Positions 1-9,755 of a DNA stretch of 64,000 nucleotides are shown here, one piece after another. The stretch's first letter is position 1, and each line of letters begins with the position of its first letter. The notes beneath the pieces were generated by a model, which worked only from the letters and a program-made list of their open reading frames with translations, ran no database searches and had not been told where the DNA came from. Origin of the DNA: Methanosarcina sp. (GTDB lineage: Archaea; Halobacteriota; Methanosarcinia; Methanosarcinales; Methanosarcinaceae); NCBI GenBank assembly GCA_003164755.1, contig PLUB01000061.1, positions 102-64,101 on the forward strand. Direction: 5' to 3'. Position numbers and translations under genes: made by a program.

Positions 1-692
1 TTCGATAAATCCCAAATTTTAACTGATTGTTTACAACGCTTATATAAGCAATTTGTTGAAATTGGAGGTTTATTGAAACTATGATTCTAATCCCCTACAA
101 GAAACATTTTAAAATACTACAAAACTAATATCCAACCACCCTATAAACTTCAACCTGAACCATGCGAACAGAGTAAGCAAGTATATTTAGAGAATTATAC
201 TTTTGTAGAATAGCTGACTGAATTATCAATAGCTATTACAAAAGGTATTATAATATAGAAAAGTGGTAAAACCATATGTTTTTAAGGTCATTTTTGCATT
301 TATTGCAGATTTAATCGGTAGAAACTTTTACATTCCTATTATCTATGAATGATCGCGTTATCAAAAACATGGGGAAAAAATCGAGATTTATACTTGATTC
401 AATATAGCAAATGTGTGAATTTACTATAATTAAGCATAAGTATAGTTTCTAAGTACAGTTTCTCTTGGAATTTTATGTTGTTGTTTATAAAAATCTAGAG
501 TTAATGATAGATATCTCATATTAGGAAACTAGACAAAACGTGGTCTTGTCCGTGATTATTTTTTGTAAACCTCTCTGTATACTACTAAACTTATCCTATT
601 TTATTGATTTTAGTCTTTAATTCATCAGAGAGAATCTAAGACTAGAAAAAGAAATAAGATTTTAAGGTACGGAAGCATAATTCTCTGCACTT

Positions 693-872
693 TTATTTCC
701 CCACGAACTTTTTGATTTTACCTACTTTTTCTTGCACCTCCCCCTTTTTCTTTTCAACATTACCTTCGGCTTTCAAGTGGGAATCATTGAAGAGTTTCCC
801 GACGGTCTCCTTGATCTCTCCCTTCACTTTGTGGAGCTTACCTTCTACTTGATCCTTAGTACTTGTTTTCAT
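693..872 (-). CDS. CsbD-like general stress protein (59 aa, below the ORF-track cutoff)
   Basis: Own minus-strand translation ATG(872)..TAA(693): MKTSTKDQVEGKLHKVKGEIKETVGKLFNDSHLKAEGNVEKKKGEVQEKVGKIKKFVGK. Repeated KxxGxxKE / EGK pattern is typical of the CsbD family. Listed + ORF 732..923 is its antisense shadow. Confidence 0.7.
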   Translation of the reverse strand: MKTSTKDQVEGKLHKVKGEIKETVGKLFNDSHLKAEGNVEKKKGEVQEKVGKIKKFVGK

Positions 873-959
873 GGCACTCCCTCTTTTCTAAAGTTTCTTT
901 CCAATCTTTACAAATTATCATAGCTGAGGCTTCCAAATTGGATGTGAAATGAATCCTTT

Positions 960-1307
960 TTATTGCTGATGAATTTTCCAGTAAGGCTCATAGCCATAGT
1001 GAGTATATACTTTAAATAGCTCCTCATTAGTTAGAGGCAATTTATCCTTATCAAAACCTTCTGCTTTTTTTAGGACTTCCTTATCGACATTAAGAGTAAT
1101 TATCATGGCGTTCTCATAGAGCCTCAATTCAAGAGCCTTCCAAGGAACAACAAAGAGTTTATTACCCATACCTAGGAACCCACCAAAAGAAAGTGCTGCA
1201 TATGCTATTCTATCATTTTCCAAATCAATCATCAAGTCTTCGATCTTTCCCAGATCCTCTTTAGCCTTATTAACAACGTTATGTCCTTTGAGCGTGCTTA
1301 CTGACAT
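960..1307 (-). CDS. PRC-barrel domain protein
   Basis: 115-aa ORF. Segment RIAYAALSFGGFLGMGNKLFVVPWKAL matches the PRC-barrel family signature as I remember it. Confidence 0.8.
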   Translation of the reverse strand: MSVSTLKGHNVVNKAKEDLGKIEDLMIDLENDRIAYAALSFGGFLGMGNKLFVVPWKALELRLYENAMIITLNVDKEVLKKAEGFDKDKLPLTNEELFKVYTHYGYEPYWKIHQQ

Positions 1308-1676
1308 AAAATTTGGATTAGTTATAATCTCAACTCCATAAACATTATATCATTTGGTTAGAATCTTTAAATTATTCACCAGCATCAAAACTGGCTTTAA
1401 TCTTAAAGTCATCATATGAAAGAGATGTGCGTATTATCGTTGCTTTAACTTGTTTAGTTTCTCTATGCTTCATTTTCTATCCATTTTAAGACTAACAGAC
1501 AAAGAAGCAAATTCTTCTGGTTTATGTCACCCATTATCATTCCAAGCCTGAAAATCCAGAAAAGAATTCCTATTAACATGTAAAAATGTACCGCTAATCT
1601 ATGCCTGTACCCACAGATGTACTGCTTACTTCACCTTGATATGTATATATAAAAGCAAAGAATTTTTATATTTTCT

Positions 1677-1758
1677 GAGTTTTTGATTAATTGTGGTCGA
1701 TTGCCAGCTGAATTAATGATAAATTTTGGTGATCTCAGAAGATATTAACAAGTTTCCA
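1677..1758 (+). repeat. ~82-bp direct repeat, copy 1 (flanks gene 1873..2250)
   Basis: gagtttttgattaattgtggtcgattgccagctgaatt...aagtttcca aligns by eye with 2549..2630 in the same orientation (roughly three quarters of positions identical). Confidence 0.6.
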
Positions 1759-1872
1759 AAAAACAAAAAAGTGTTATCTTTTTAATTTTTGAAAATAACA
1801 CTTATTTGTTATGTTTTTCGGATTTATTGTATTTTTTTATTTTATACAACATATGCAACTGAAATAGAACCA

Positions 1873-2250
1873 TTATAAATACCTAACATTGATAATACGA
1901 TTTTTCTGAATACCAACTACAACGGATTTGTGTTCCAAATAGGCAGCATTTAAGGTGGCGTAGATGTTAGCTTCTTCTTTTCCTGCCGTAATTTGCACAT
2001 AACCAAGATTCTGAGTTTGTCCATTAACTACAGTAGTAAGATCAGCCATACTACTTTTATCACCGGTAATGGTATCGGTATATGCAGAAACCACATTATT
2101 TACAGTTGCTTCAAAGACACCATCAGCTGCTGCCTGAGTTGCGATTGGCATGTTAATAATTTTGTTCGTTTCAACTCCCATCGAAAGTGAAGTTGTTCCC
2201 AAGAGAATAAAAAATGCTAAAATTGTAATTATGAGTCGACTTTTTGACAT
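1873..2250 (-). CDS. small secreted protein, unknown function
   Basis: ORF 1873..2265. Likely start is MSKSR at 2250, followed by a hydrophobic signal-like segment LIITILAFFILLGTTSLSMG. No family recognised. Confidence 0.55.
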   Translation of the reverse strand: MSKSRLIITILAFFILLGTTSLSMGVETNKIINMPIATQAAADGVFEATVNNVVSAYTDTITGDKSSMADLTTVVNGQTQNLGYVQITAGKEEANIYATLNAAYLEHKSVVVGIQKNRIINVRYL

Positions 2251-2400
2251 ATTATTGCACCTCAATATTTTCTGTTGTTGCTTCTTTACTTCCTACTCGA
2301 TTGGCCCTTACTCTATCAGTTATTCCTCAATCCTTTTGACCTAGTAGCTTTAAGCCATTTTTTGATTTGTGCGCTTTAAGTTACAATACACAATTACGAC

Positions 2401-2500
2401 CTATTTATTTTAAATTAATTAAACGAAAAATAGTTTATGAATAAAAATTATTTACACAAAAAACGTTTTAAGATCGGATAATAATTTTACATTAATCATT
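2401..2500 (-). promoter_or_regulatory. conserved AT-rich promoter/leader module, copy E1
   Basis: ctatttattttaaattaattaaacgaaaaatagtttatgaataaaaattatttacacaaaaaacgttttaag aligns with 5237..5335 and, as reverse complement, with 9350..9451 and 36031..36117. Contains TATA-like tracts and lies 150-250 nt upstream of the gene start at 2250. Confidence 0.5.
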
Positions 2501-2548
2501 TTTTTATCCCATAAATCTTTACAAATTTAGAGATTTTTTGATTATTAG

Positions 2549-2630
2549 GAGTTTTTGATTGATTGTAATCAATTGCCTGGGAAATTGATTGTAAATTTTT
2601 GAGATCATATAAAATATTGAGAAGTTTCCA
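2549..2630 (+). repeat. ~82-bp direct repeat, copy 2
   Basis: gagtttttgattgattgtaatcaattgcctgggaaatt...gaagtttcca. Pairs with 1677..1758. Confidence 0.6.
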
Positions 2631-2707
2631 GGTATTTAAAAGAGTACTTCATTTTGACAATCAAATTCGAGATAATTATTTATTTTGATCATTACATAAA
2701 TTTCCAT

Positions 2708-3774
2708 ATGAGGGAGACAGGCGCTTACATAATCATCTCAGATGTACATTTGGCCAGCAAGGAATGTAATTATAATGAATTTTGCTACTTTCTAGAGTGG
2801 ATACGCGATCTAGAAAATAAGCCTAAGATAATTAAATGTAAAGATAAAGAAATCACAATTAAAAACCCCTCTAAAATAATTCTCTTGGGGGATATATTTG
2901 AATTATGGGATCCGAAAAATTTTGATAGAAATAACGTTATCAAGGACTTTATGAGACCATTTTTCTTACTTTGCGGTATCGATTGTGACAAGATATATGT
3001 GGCTGGCAACCATGATGATTCATTGGGCGAACTTGAAGCAAAGGTTAATCATGAGACACTGAATACTGGGACAAGATTCGATATTCGCGACAGACATTAT
3101 CCTAAAAGAGATAAAAAATCTGATATTAAGAGTGGTGTTAAAGTCGGAAATAGGTCATATTTCTTTCTTCATGGTCATCAGTTTGATAAACAACAGGCTA
3201 TTTTTAGATATGTATCAAAGCTTATCGGTAAGCTCTGGGATCCCCTTGATTGGTTCCAAAATCTATTTAACATCACATTTACTAAAAAACACTGGAAGAT
3301 AAATTTTATGATATTTTTGGGCTTGTTGTTTGGTGGAAAGTATTTTTTATGGAATGCACTTCTAAAATCTAGTTTTTGGGGTACTATGGTATGGGCTATA
3401 TTTACTGGTTTTTTTGCATTGAGCTCGATTCCTGGTATTGTCGTCCACACCCAGAGAAGTATCTACAATTCTAAGAAACCCATATATAAAACTGCAGAAA
3501 AGGTCATAACGGCTGGGTATTATCAAGCAATTAATGACACTATAGATGCAGAGTTGTTGTTTTTGGTCATACCCATTTTGCAAGCTCCTATGAACTCATA
3601 TCAGAAGCAGGGAAAAAATTATTCCTTAATAGCGGATGCTGGGTTGGGACAGATACAGAATTGAATGGAAAAATGCGTTATGTTAATTCTTTTATATATT
3701 TAGATGAGAGTGGAGCATATATTTTGACATGGCGTGGATCTGGTAAAATCAATTGTATTGAATCTTTTACATAA
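2708..3774 (+). pseudogene. membrane-associated calcineurin-like metallophosphoesterase with one frameshift (or sequencing error)
   Basis: Motifs DVHL, GDIFELWD, GNHD and HGHQFD lie in the frame of ORF 2654..3664 (ATG at 2708). The last motif VVVFGHTHFASSYEL...LNSGCWVG...ESFT-stop(3772-3774) is in another frame, which opens at 3538. The shift lies between 3538 and 3553. Confidence 0.75.
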
Positions 3775-4126
3775 AGATAGTGAGAATATTTTCAAATTAG
3801 ACTTTCGACTTTTCCAATTCGGAATATGCAATCGAGCTAGTCGCTTCAAGAATATTATAGAGAGTTTCGATAAATTCCTCTGCATTTGAGCATTGGAGTT
3901 TATCGAAATTCTCTACACGGTTTATTATACATATCCATTACATCAATGACGATTGATACTGGAACAAAAACAAATTCTACCTGCTAATATACATACCTAA
4001 TTCCAGTGATCTAATGCTTGTTTTATTCTATCTTTGTACCATATTTCTGTTTCCAGTATCTTCATTTTTTTAACCATTCTCAAATGTTGAAATTGAAATA
4101 AATACTAAAACAACAGTCTATTAAAC

Positions 4127-4378
4127 ATGATATTAACTGAAATTCTAGTATTAGTGGTCGCTTTAATAGTGGCGTTTGTTTTGTATAAATTGCTTGACAA
4201 TTCGATCCATCTGATAATTCATGCAGCGATTGGTCTAGCAATTTTATACATAGCAAGGTTTTTTGGCTTAAAAGTAGCAATATCGATATGGACAATCCTT
4301 ATTTGTGCATTGGGTGGTAGTATTGGTGCAGTGATTGTCATCATGCTGAGTTATCTCAAAATCGCCTTTGTGGGATAG
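4127..4378 (+). CDS. small 3-TM membrane protein, BofA-like
   Basis: 83-aa hydrophobic ORF. Pattern AIGLAILYIARFFGLKVAISIWTILICALGGSIGAV resembles the pro-sigmaK processing inhibitor BofA family. Confidence 0.6.
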   Translation: MILTEILVLVVALIVAFVLYKLLDNSIHLIIHAAIGLAILYIARFFGLKVAISIWTILICALGGSIGAVIVIMLSYLKIAFVG

Positions 4379-4473
4379 ATAACATTAATACGTATTTATG
4401 ACCAAGTACAAAGTGTAAGGATGCCACTGCTTCAGATGTGGATCCACTATTGTATAATCGCAAATATAAATAA

Positions 4474-4615
4474 GGAATAGGGCTTGCAATATGTAAAAAA
4501 AATTATAGAGAAACATGGTGGACGTATATGGGTCGAATCTGGATTGGGCAAAGGTTCAACTTTTTATTTCACTTTACCGATCAGCCTACCAGCATTTTCA
4601 AAATCTAATTTTTAA
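4474..4615 (+). pseudogene. C-terminal remnant of a sensor histidine kinase (HATPase_c end)
   Basis: GIGLAICKK then, after a frame change in an A8 run (4495-4502), [26 protein letters not shown]. No upstream kinase body, and a stop sits immediately before 4474. Confidence 0.6.
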
Positions 4616-4956
4616 CAAGTAAGAAAGACCATTCCAGCATTTAATTGGAATATAAAAATATAATTGAATAGCTGCTTGAAGAGTTAATTGATCTTCAATT
4701 GTAGAGCATTTATATATACCCTGTAATATTCTTCCAACTGGCGTGCTTTTTTTAATACAATCTTCTCCATACTGAATTATGTTTTCAATCGTATTTTTCA
4801 ACAGGATTTCTAGGTTTCCGTGATCCATAGGTTTTACCACAAAAGCTCTATATCAAAATCATCACAAAGATATGGATCTCTGTGAGGTTATATATTTTGG
4901 ATAATTATAATAATTTGGGATATTTGAACTGATTTACGGGCAAATCCATTCACCGT

Positions 4957-5148
4957 TCACCCATTCACATCCGAGGAGCCATAATCCACATTGCTATAGC
5001 CGCCTTCGCCACCATAGCCGCCATAGCTACCTTCTTCGCCATGACCGCCGCCACCACCGGCTGCCATAGATGTAAACGATATTCTAAAAAGAGCTGTCAG
5101 CGAAATAACCAACACTTTTTTCATTTTACTAGATGATTGTTTCAACAT
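4957..5148 (-). CDS. small secreted Gly/Tyr-rich peptide
   Basis: MLKQSSSKMKKVLVISLTALF... signal-like N-terminus, then AAGGGGGHGEEGSYGGYGGEGGYSNVDYGSS. RBS context aaggagtgaaat precedes the ATG, as in the paralog at 9756. Confidence 0.65.
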   Translation of the reverse strand: MLKQSSSKMKKVLVISLTALFRISFTSMAAGGGGGHGEEGSYGGYGGEGGYSNVDYGSSDVNG

Positions 5149-5236
5149 TTATTTCACTCCTTTATTTTTAAAATTAATAACTTTAAGGAATTTTGCCTTT
5201 TGGTAATTATTCAACTTTCCAATACACTTAATTCCT

Positions 5237-5335
5237 TAGTTATTTTAAATTAATGATAAAAAAAATAGTTTCGGAATAAAAGTTATTTCACAATAAAATG
5301 TTTTAACTTCAAATAACAATTTAATATTAATTATG
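5237..5335 (-). promoter_or_regulatory. conserved promoter/leader module, copy E2
   Basis: ttagttattttaaattaatgataaaaaaaatagtttcggaataaaagttatttcacaataaaatgttttaacttcaaataacaatttaatattaattatg. About 90-190 nt upstream of the ATG at 5148. Confidence 0.55.
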
Positions 5336-5447
5336 TATTTATTATTTTGACAGATATTCTAAAATTTAAAATTGAGTTTTACCTAAAAAGCGACACAGAT
5401 TAATTTCATATCAAATTTTGATTGTATCCTTGAGTTATTAATAAATA

Positions 5448-5535
5448 GGAGATTTTGATAAATCTCTAAATTTTGTCATGTATTTAGATGTGAGTATATG
5501 AACTATTCGTGAAAATGAGATGTTTATCGAAATCC
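5448..5535. mobile_element. ~85-bp MITE-like element, family C, copy 1
   Basis: Terminal inverted repeats ggagattttgataaatc ... gtttatcgaaatcc. Same architecture at 9538, 20079, 28464, 36147 and 61606. Confidence 0.6.
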
Positions 5536-5718
5536 TTTAGAATTTGAAGTATAGGTGCTAGGATAATTAAAAGGTAGCTAAGGGGGAAAGGTGATTCCCC
5601 ATTATAATCTAGGAGCAGCTGAAATTATTATCGCCAATTATCAAACACTTGCCATTTTACAAGAATTATCTGTAGGATGACTGATTTAGCTTCAACTACA
5701 TTGGTTTGATTCAGTCTT

Positions 5719-6075
5719 CTAATAATTTTTGACCTTTGAGTGTAATATTTTATTTTCTACCATTATTAGAGTAACTTCTGCATCCAGCACTTTGTTTATC
5801 GCTTCTTCTCTTTTTGTTTCTGCTTTCCTTATTAATTCTCCAATACTTTGGATTTGTGAATCTAATTTGTTGGTAATTGTCTCTAATTTTTTGGATTGTG
5901 TTTGTATAATCTTAGCTTCTGCTAATTTCCTCAGATTATTAGCGTCATTTATTAAATCCTCGAAATACTTGACCTTTTCCATTTCTATATTTAGCTCTTC
6001 TTTTATTTTTTCAAACTCTTCTTCGTCAACCTGTCTGTTATGTTCTTGTTTTCCGATGTCGTGTTCTGCATTCAT
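5719..6075 (-). CDS. coiled-coil protein, unknown function
   Basis: 118-aa ORF rich in E/K/L heptad-like sequence. Preceded by module E3. Confidence 0.55.
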   Translation of the reverse strand: MNAEHDIGKQEHNRQVDEEEFEKIKEELNIEMEKVKYFEDLINDANNLRKLAEAKIIQTQSKKLETITNKLDSQIQSIGELIRKAETKREEAINKVLDAEVTLIMVENKILHSKVKNY

Positions 6076-6164
6076 TTACATAACCTCCTTGATTTTTCTA
6101 TGTGATTAGTACATACTTAAATCTGTCTAAATTTACATATCTGTTGGTTATCCCACGCTTTTTG

Positions 6165-6265
6165 ACCGAATAATTTTTATTAAAGTATAATATAACCACT
6201 TTAATTATAAATAATTTCTACATAAAATGCTTTAACCTTGAATAACAATTTGATATTAATAATGT
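6165..6265 (-). promoter_or_regulatory. conserved promoter/leader module, copy E3 (more diverged)
   Basis: ...ttaattataaataatttctacataaaatgctttaaccttgaataacaatttgatattaataatg aligns with E2. Confidence 0.45.
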
Positions 6266-6395
6266 TTTTTATTTCAAAAGACATCCTGATATTTAGCACT
6301 GAGTTCTTTCTAAAAAGCAACGCCAATAAATTTTATATCAAATTCAGTTATGTCCTTTAGTCATTTATAAATTATTTCAAGAACCCTCTAATTTT

Positions 6396-6432
6396 GGTTC
6401 CGTTGCAAAAATAATATTTCTGCAACGGAACC
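6396..6432. mobile_element. 37-bp internally deleted derivative (mini-copy) of MITE family A
   Basis: ggttccgttgcaaaaataatatttctgcaacggaacc equals the first 29 nt plus the last 8-12 nt of the 8497..8646 copy, joined at a tgca microhomology. Forms a perfect 12-bp stem. Confidence 0.75.
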
Positions 6433-6651
6433 CGAAATCAAGTACAATAATTTTCATTGTTTAAATTTACTAAACATTTAACGGTTTAATGATACTTTTT
6501 TTCAATTCAAATGCATAACTTCAATCTCAATTGTAGAATCAAATTAATTTTAAGACAGGTTCTAGAAAATGGATTCACACCAAAAGATTTGACAGCTCCG
6601 TCAAGTCACAAATGTTAAGTACAAGTTATTCAAATAAAAAATTGGAGATTA

Positions 6652-7257
6652 TTGGAATTGGTTCTGTTTATACTTATTCTTGTTTTTTTGCTGGTGGCAT
6701 TCGCAGCTATTCACAGTCTTATGGCAAGCCAGTTCTTCAAACGCTGTGCTACTAGAGTCTTGGGTTTCAGGGCAGAAGTGTTGTATATGCCAATATTCAA
6801 CCTCATAGCATTGCTAACTATATTACCGCTCGCATATCTGCTCTACAAAAATCCCGGACCGTTTCTCTACATAATACCTTCACCCTGGCGCTGGCTGATG
6901 ATCGGTGGGCAGTTTATTGCTGCAACCATCGCTCTAAGAGCTTTGCTGGATGCAGCCAATAGATTCAAAATACGCTCACAGCTATCTGCACCCAATACTC
7001 TTGAAGCAAGTTCCCTTAATATTCGAGGCATTTACCGATGGGTAAGAGATCCCTTCCTGCTATCAGGACTGATCATAATTTGGCTCACTCCCTTTATGAC
7101 CATCAATCTACTTGTCATATACCTTTTGGCCACTATATACCTTTATATGGGGTCTCTGCACTGGGAAAGGAGGCTTGTATCACAGTTTGGTGATGAATAC
7201 CGGGAGTACCAAAAACGGGTTAACAGGATAATTCCCCAATTTTGGGGCCATCGTTAG
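6652..7257 (+). CDS. membrane methyltransferase, isoprenylcysteine carboxyl methyltransferase / PEMT-like family
   Basis: 201-aa multi-TM ORF (TTG start). C-terminal GIYRWVRDPFLLSGLIIIW...GSLHWERRLVSQFGDEYREYQKRV resembles the ICMT/PEMT family signature. Confidence 0.65.
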   Translation: MELVLFILILVFLLVAFAAIHSLMASQFFKRCATRVLGFRAEVLYMPIFNLIALLTILPLAYLLYKNPGPFLYIIPSPWRWLMIGGQFIAATIALRALLDAANRFKIRSQLSAPNTLEASSLNIRGIYRWVRDPFLLSGLIIIWLTPFMTINLLVIYLLATIYLYMGSLHWERRLVSQFGDEYREYQKRVNRIIPQFWGHR

Positions 7258-7630
7258 GGAAGCAGAGGGTCAGTTCTTTTCTAGATTGGATGTACAGTAT
7301 GATTAATAGAATGATATAAATGACAATTTAGAGTTTAGGGACAACCAAAGACATATGAATACCTATACTTTTATACTCAGGCAAACAGAACACTCGAATT
7401 TTTGGATGATTTTGGATAGATCATCTAGTCTTTTCTAAAACCTGACTATGGCAGTTTCTATTCTTTGTGTTGAAATTTTTCTAATTTTTTCAACTTTTTT
7501 TCAGAAAACGTAATTTGATAGTTTAAATTAAATTATCCAAATTCTGAAGATTTACTTCGAAGAGGGAAAATATTTCGCGAATGATTAATTTATATTTTGG
7601 GAATGATTAAATTATATGTAAAGGGGGTTT

Positions 7631-8045
7631 GTGACTGGCACAAAACAGAATTGAGAAGTCTGAAGAAGAATGGAAAAAGGTTCTGACTCCTGAACAGTAT
7701 AATGTACTGAGGCAACGAGGCACTGAAATGCCTTTTTCCGGCAAATTATGTTATAACAAGGAAAAAGGGATTTATACATGTGCTGCCTGTAAGCAGGAGC
7801 TCTTCTCCTCCGATGAAAAATTTGAGTCAGGGACCGGATGGCCAAGTTTTTATGAAGTGATTTCCAGTGGTAATGTCCAACTTTTGAAGGACGACAGTCA
7901 TTTCATGCACAGGATAGAGGTAGTCTGTTCCAACTGTGGCAGCCATCTTGGGCATGTTTTTGAAGACGGATCCACTTCAACGGGAAAACGTTACTGTATC
8001 AACTCTCTATCTCTTGACTTCAAGAAAAAAGGAGAAAAGGAGTAG
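7631..8045 (+). CDS. msrB: methionine-R-sulfoxide reductase MsrB, N-terminus unresolved (probable frameshift near 7640-7650)
   Basis: [11 protein letters not shown] and [12 protein letters not shown] zinc motifs plus the RYCINS catalytic Cys. The conserved N-terminal part [27 protein letters not shown] is in frame from 7635 but has no ATG/GTG/TTG before ATG 7728. GTG 7631 is in another frame and stops at TGA 7650-7652. Confidence 0.8.
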
Positions 8046-8064
8046 ACAAGGAATAAAATCCTTT

Positions 8065-8192
8065 CTGCAAATGAATGCAAGAATGCAATCTATTTTCTCA
8101 ATATGACAGTATATAGGTTAAATGATAGTCAAACTTTCAATGAATAATAGTGGCAATGGGCAAACAAATTCTATATGCGTGTATATCTGCGG
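8065..8192 (+). repeat. ~123-bp palindromic-ended intergenic element, family B, copy 1
   Basis: ctgcaaatgaatgca...atatgacagta...caaacaaattctatatgcgtgtatatctgcgg. Homologous to 22286, 29895, 30801 and 34079. Starts 20 nt after the msrB stop. Confidence 0.6.
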
Positions 8193-8496
8193 TATAGATT
8201 TCATTTGAGTGAATTAGCTATAACAAATCTTCTCAATTGAATGAAACCGCAAACATTCATTACACTGGAGACTTAATTATGAAAACATTAATCGTGTATA
8301 CCTGAACAATCATTTATGTTGAAGCTGAAAAAATACATAGACTTTAGCAACCAACATAATTTGGCAATTCCCCAAATTCCCTATTTTTTGATTAAAACCA
8401 GCTATTTATGTGTTCAAGAATTGAAACAGGCTTCCGACTTCTTTAGATGTGGGAGGAGTGCGTAATCTTATCAAACCTTGTTTTAGTAGAATATTC

Positions 8497-8646
8497 GGTT
8501 CCGTTGCAAAAATAATATTTCTGCATTTTGACACTATAATTTTCACCTTTATGTATCATTTTCGCCCGAATGAAAATTATTAACTTTCCGAATTGTGAAG
8601 GTTTTTTCTGATTTTGCAAGGGAGCCAGATTTTTTGCAACGGAACC
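8497..8646 (+). mobile_element. 150-bp MITE, family A, with IS6-like terminal inverted repeats
   Basis: Starts ggttccgttgcaaaaa and ends tttttgcaacggaacc. About 90% identical by eye to the reverse complement of 44581..44730. No coding capacity. Confidence 0.8.
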
Positions 8647-9349
8647 TGATTTCGTACCTCGAGTGTATAAGATCTTTGAATAAAGTACTATCCTTAAGTT
8701 CAATGTGTACCTGAATTTCGGAAAAATTTACGATCGGAATTTAACATTAGCTTTGCTTATTATCCGATTGTAGAAATTGTTTGAATTTTAAGACAGCCTT
8801 TTATCAAGGAAAACTGAGACAAGAAACAACAATTAGCTATTGAAAACTCAAAAAAAGTATTTGGAAAAATATTATTGGAAAGAACATACACTAAGGAATA
8901 ATAGATGTTTCGCATCTTCTATCGGCAATGTTAGCAAAGAAGCAGCTGAAAATTACATACGGAACAGAGTTAAAGGTGACGCTGACATCCAATTAGCTAC
9001 AGAAACAGTGGTGTTTTGATTTGTCCTAAAAAACCAAAATGTTGCTTTTCATCTTTCGAAGGAAAAGAAACATATCAAAATCAAATGTAAAATATGAAAA
9101 TAGAAATATTTGATTAATAAGACTGTTGTCTTAGTAAAATATGGTATTTGTTGATAATTTTATGATATTATTCAAAAAATATTATGAAACTTAATTTAGA
9201 TTAGATTGCTGGCCAACTTACAAATGTTTCATGCTGAAATAAGTTTTATTTCAGAACTATTCTACAAACATAATAAATAACTAATTTTAGCTATATTTCT
9301 AAAATATCCATACTGAATGCTGAAATGAAGTTTATTCATAATTATATAT

Positions 9350-9451
9350 ATAATATATTTAATATAAAATTGTTGTTTGATGTTGAAATATTTTCTGAGG
9401 AAAAAAGTTTTGTTCAGAAACTATTTTTATTATAATTAATTAAAAATAACC
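9350..9451 (+). promoter_or_regulatory. conserved promoter/leader module, copy E4
   Basis: ...ataaaattgttgtttgatgttgaaatattttctgaggaaaaaagttttgttcagaaactatttttattataattaattaaaaataacc is the reverse-complement homolog of E1/E2. Upstream of the gene at 9756. Confidence 0.55.
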
Positions 9452-9537
9452 AAGCAACGATTGTATGTATTGTAGTTTATGGTGTATTAGTATTGTTAAT
9501 GAAACATTTAGTTCGCTGGAGTATTCTATTTTGAAGA

Positions 9538-9610
9538 GGATTTCAATAAACACCTAAATTTTGCCAGCTGCCTATAAGAACTCGCGAAAAGCAGAAGTTT
9601 ATCGAAATCC
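9538..9610. mobile_element. family C MITE-like element, copy 2 (inside the leader of gene 9756)
   Basis: ggatttcaataaac ... gtttatcgaaatcc inverted termini. Confidence 0.6.
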
Positions 9611-9755
9611 TCTAAAGTGAACAGATAAAACAATAAGCTAAACAGAAATAAATATCGAAATTGTTGGTGTTGATCGAATAGAAATCAATCAACTGAATTT
9701 CGAATAACTAACAAAAACAACTTAAATAAATTTAATAATGAAGGAGTGAAATCAA

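Noticed and set aside
732-923. 63-aa + strand ORF
   Set aside because: It is antisense to the well-formed CsbD-like gene (693..872), and its own translation is low-complexity.
8443-8703. 86-aa ORF on the minus strand
   Set aside because: It lies almost entirely inside the non-coding 150-bp MITE (8497-8646), whose second copy at 44.6 kb does not preserve the frame.
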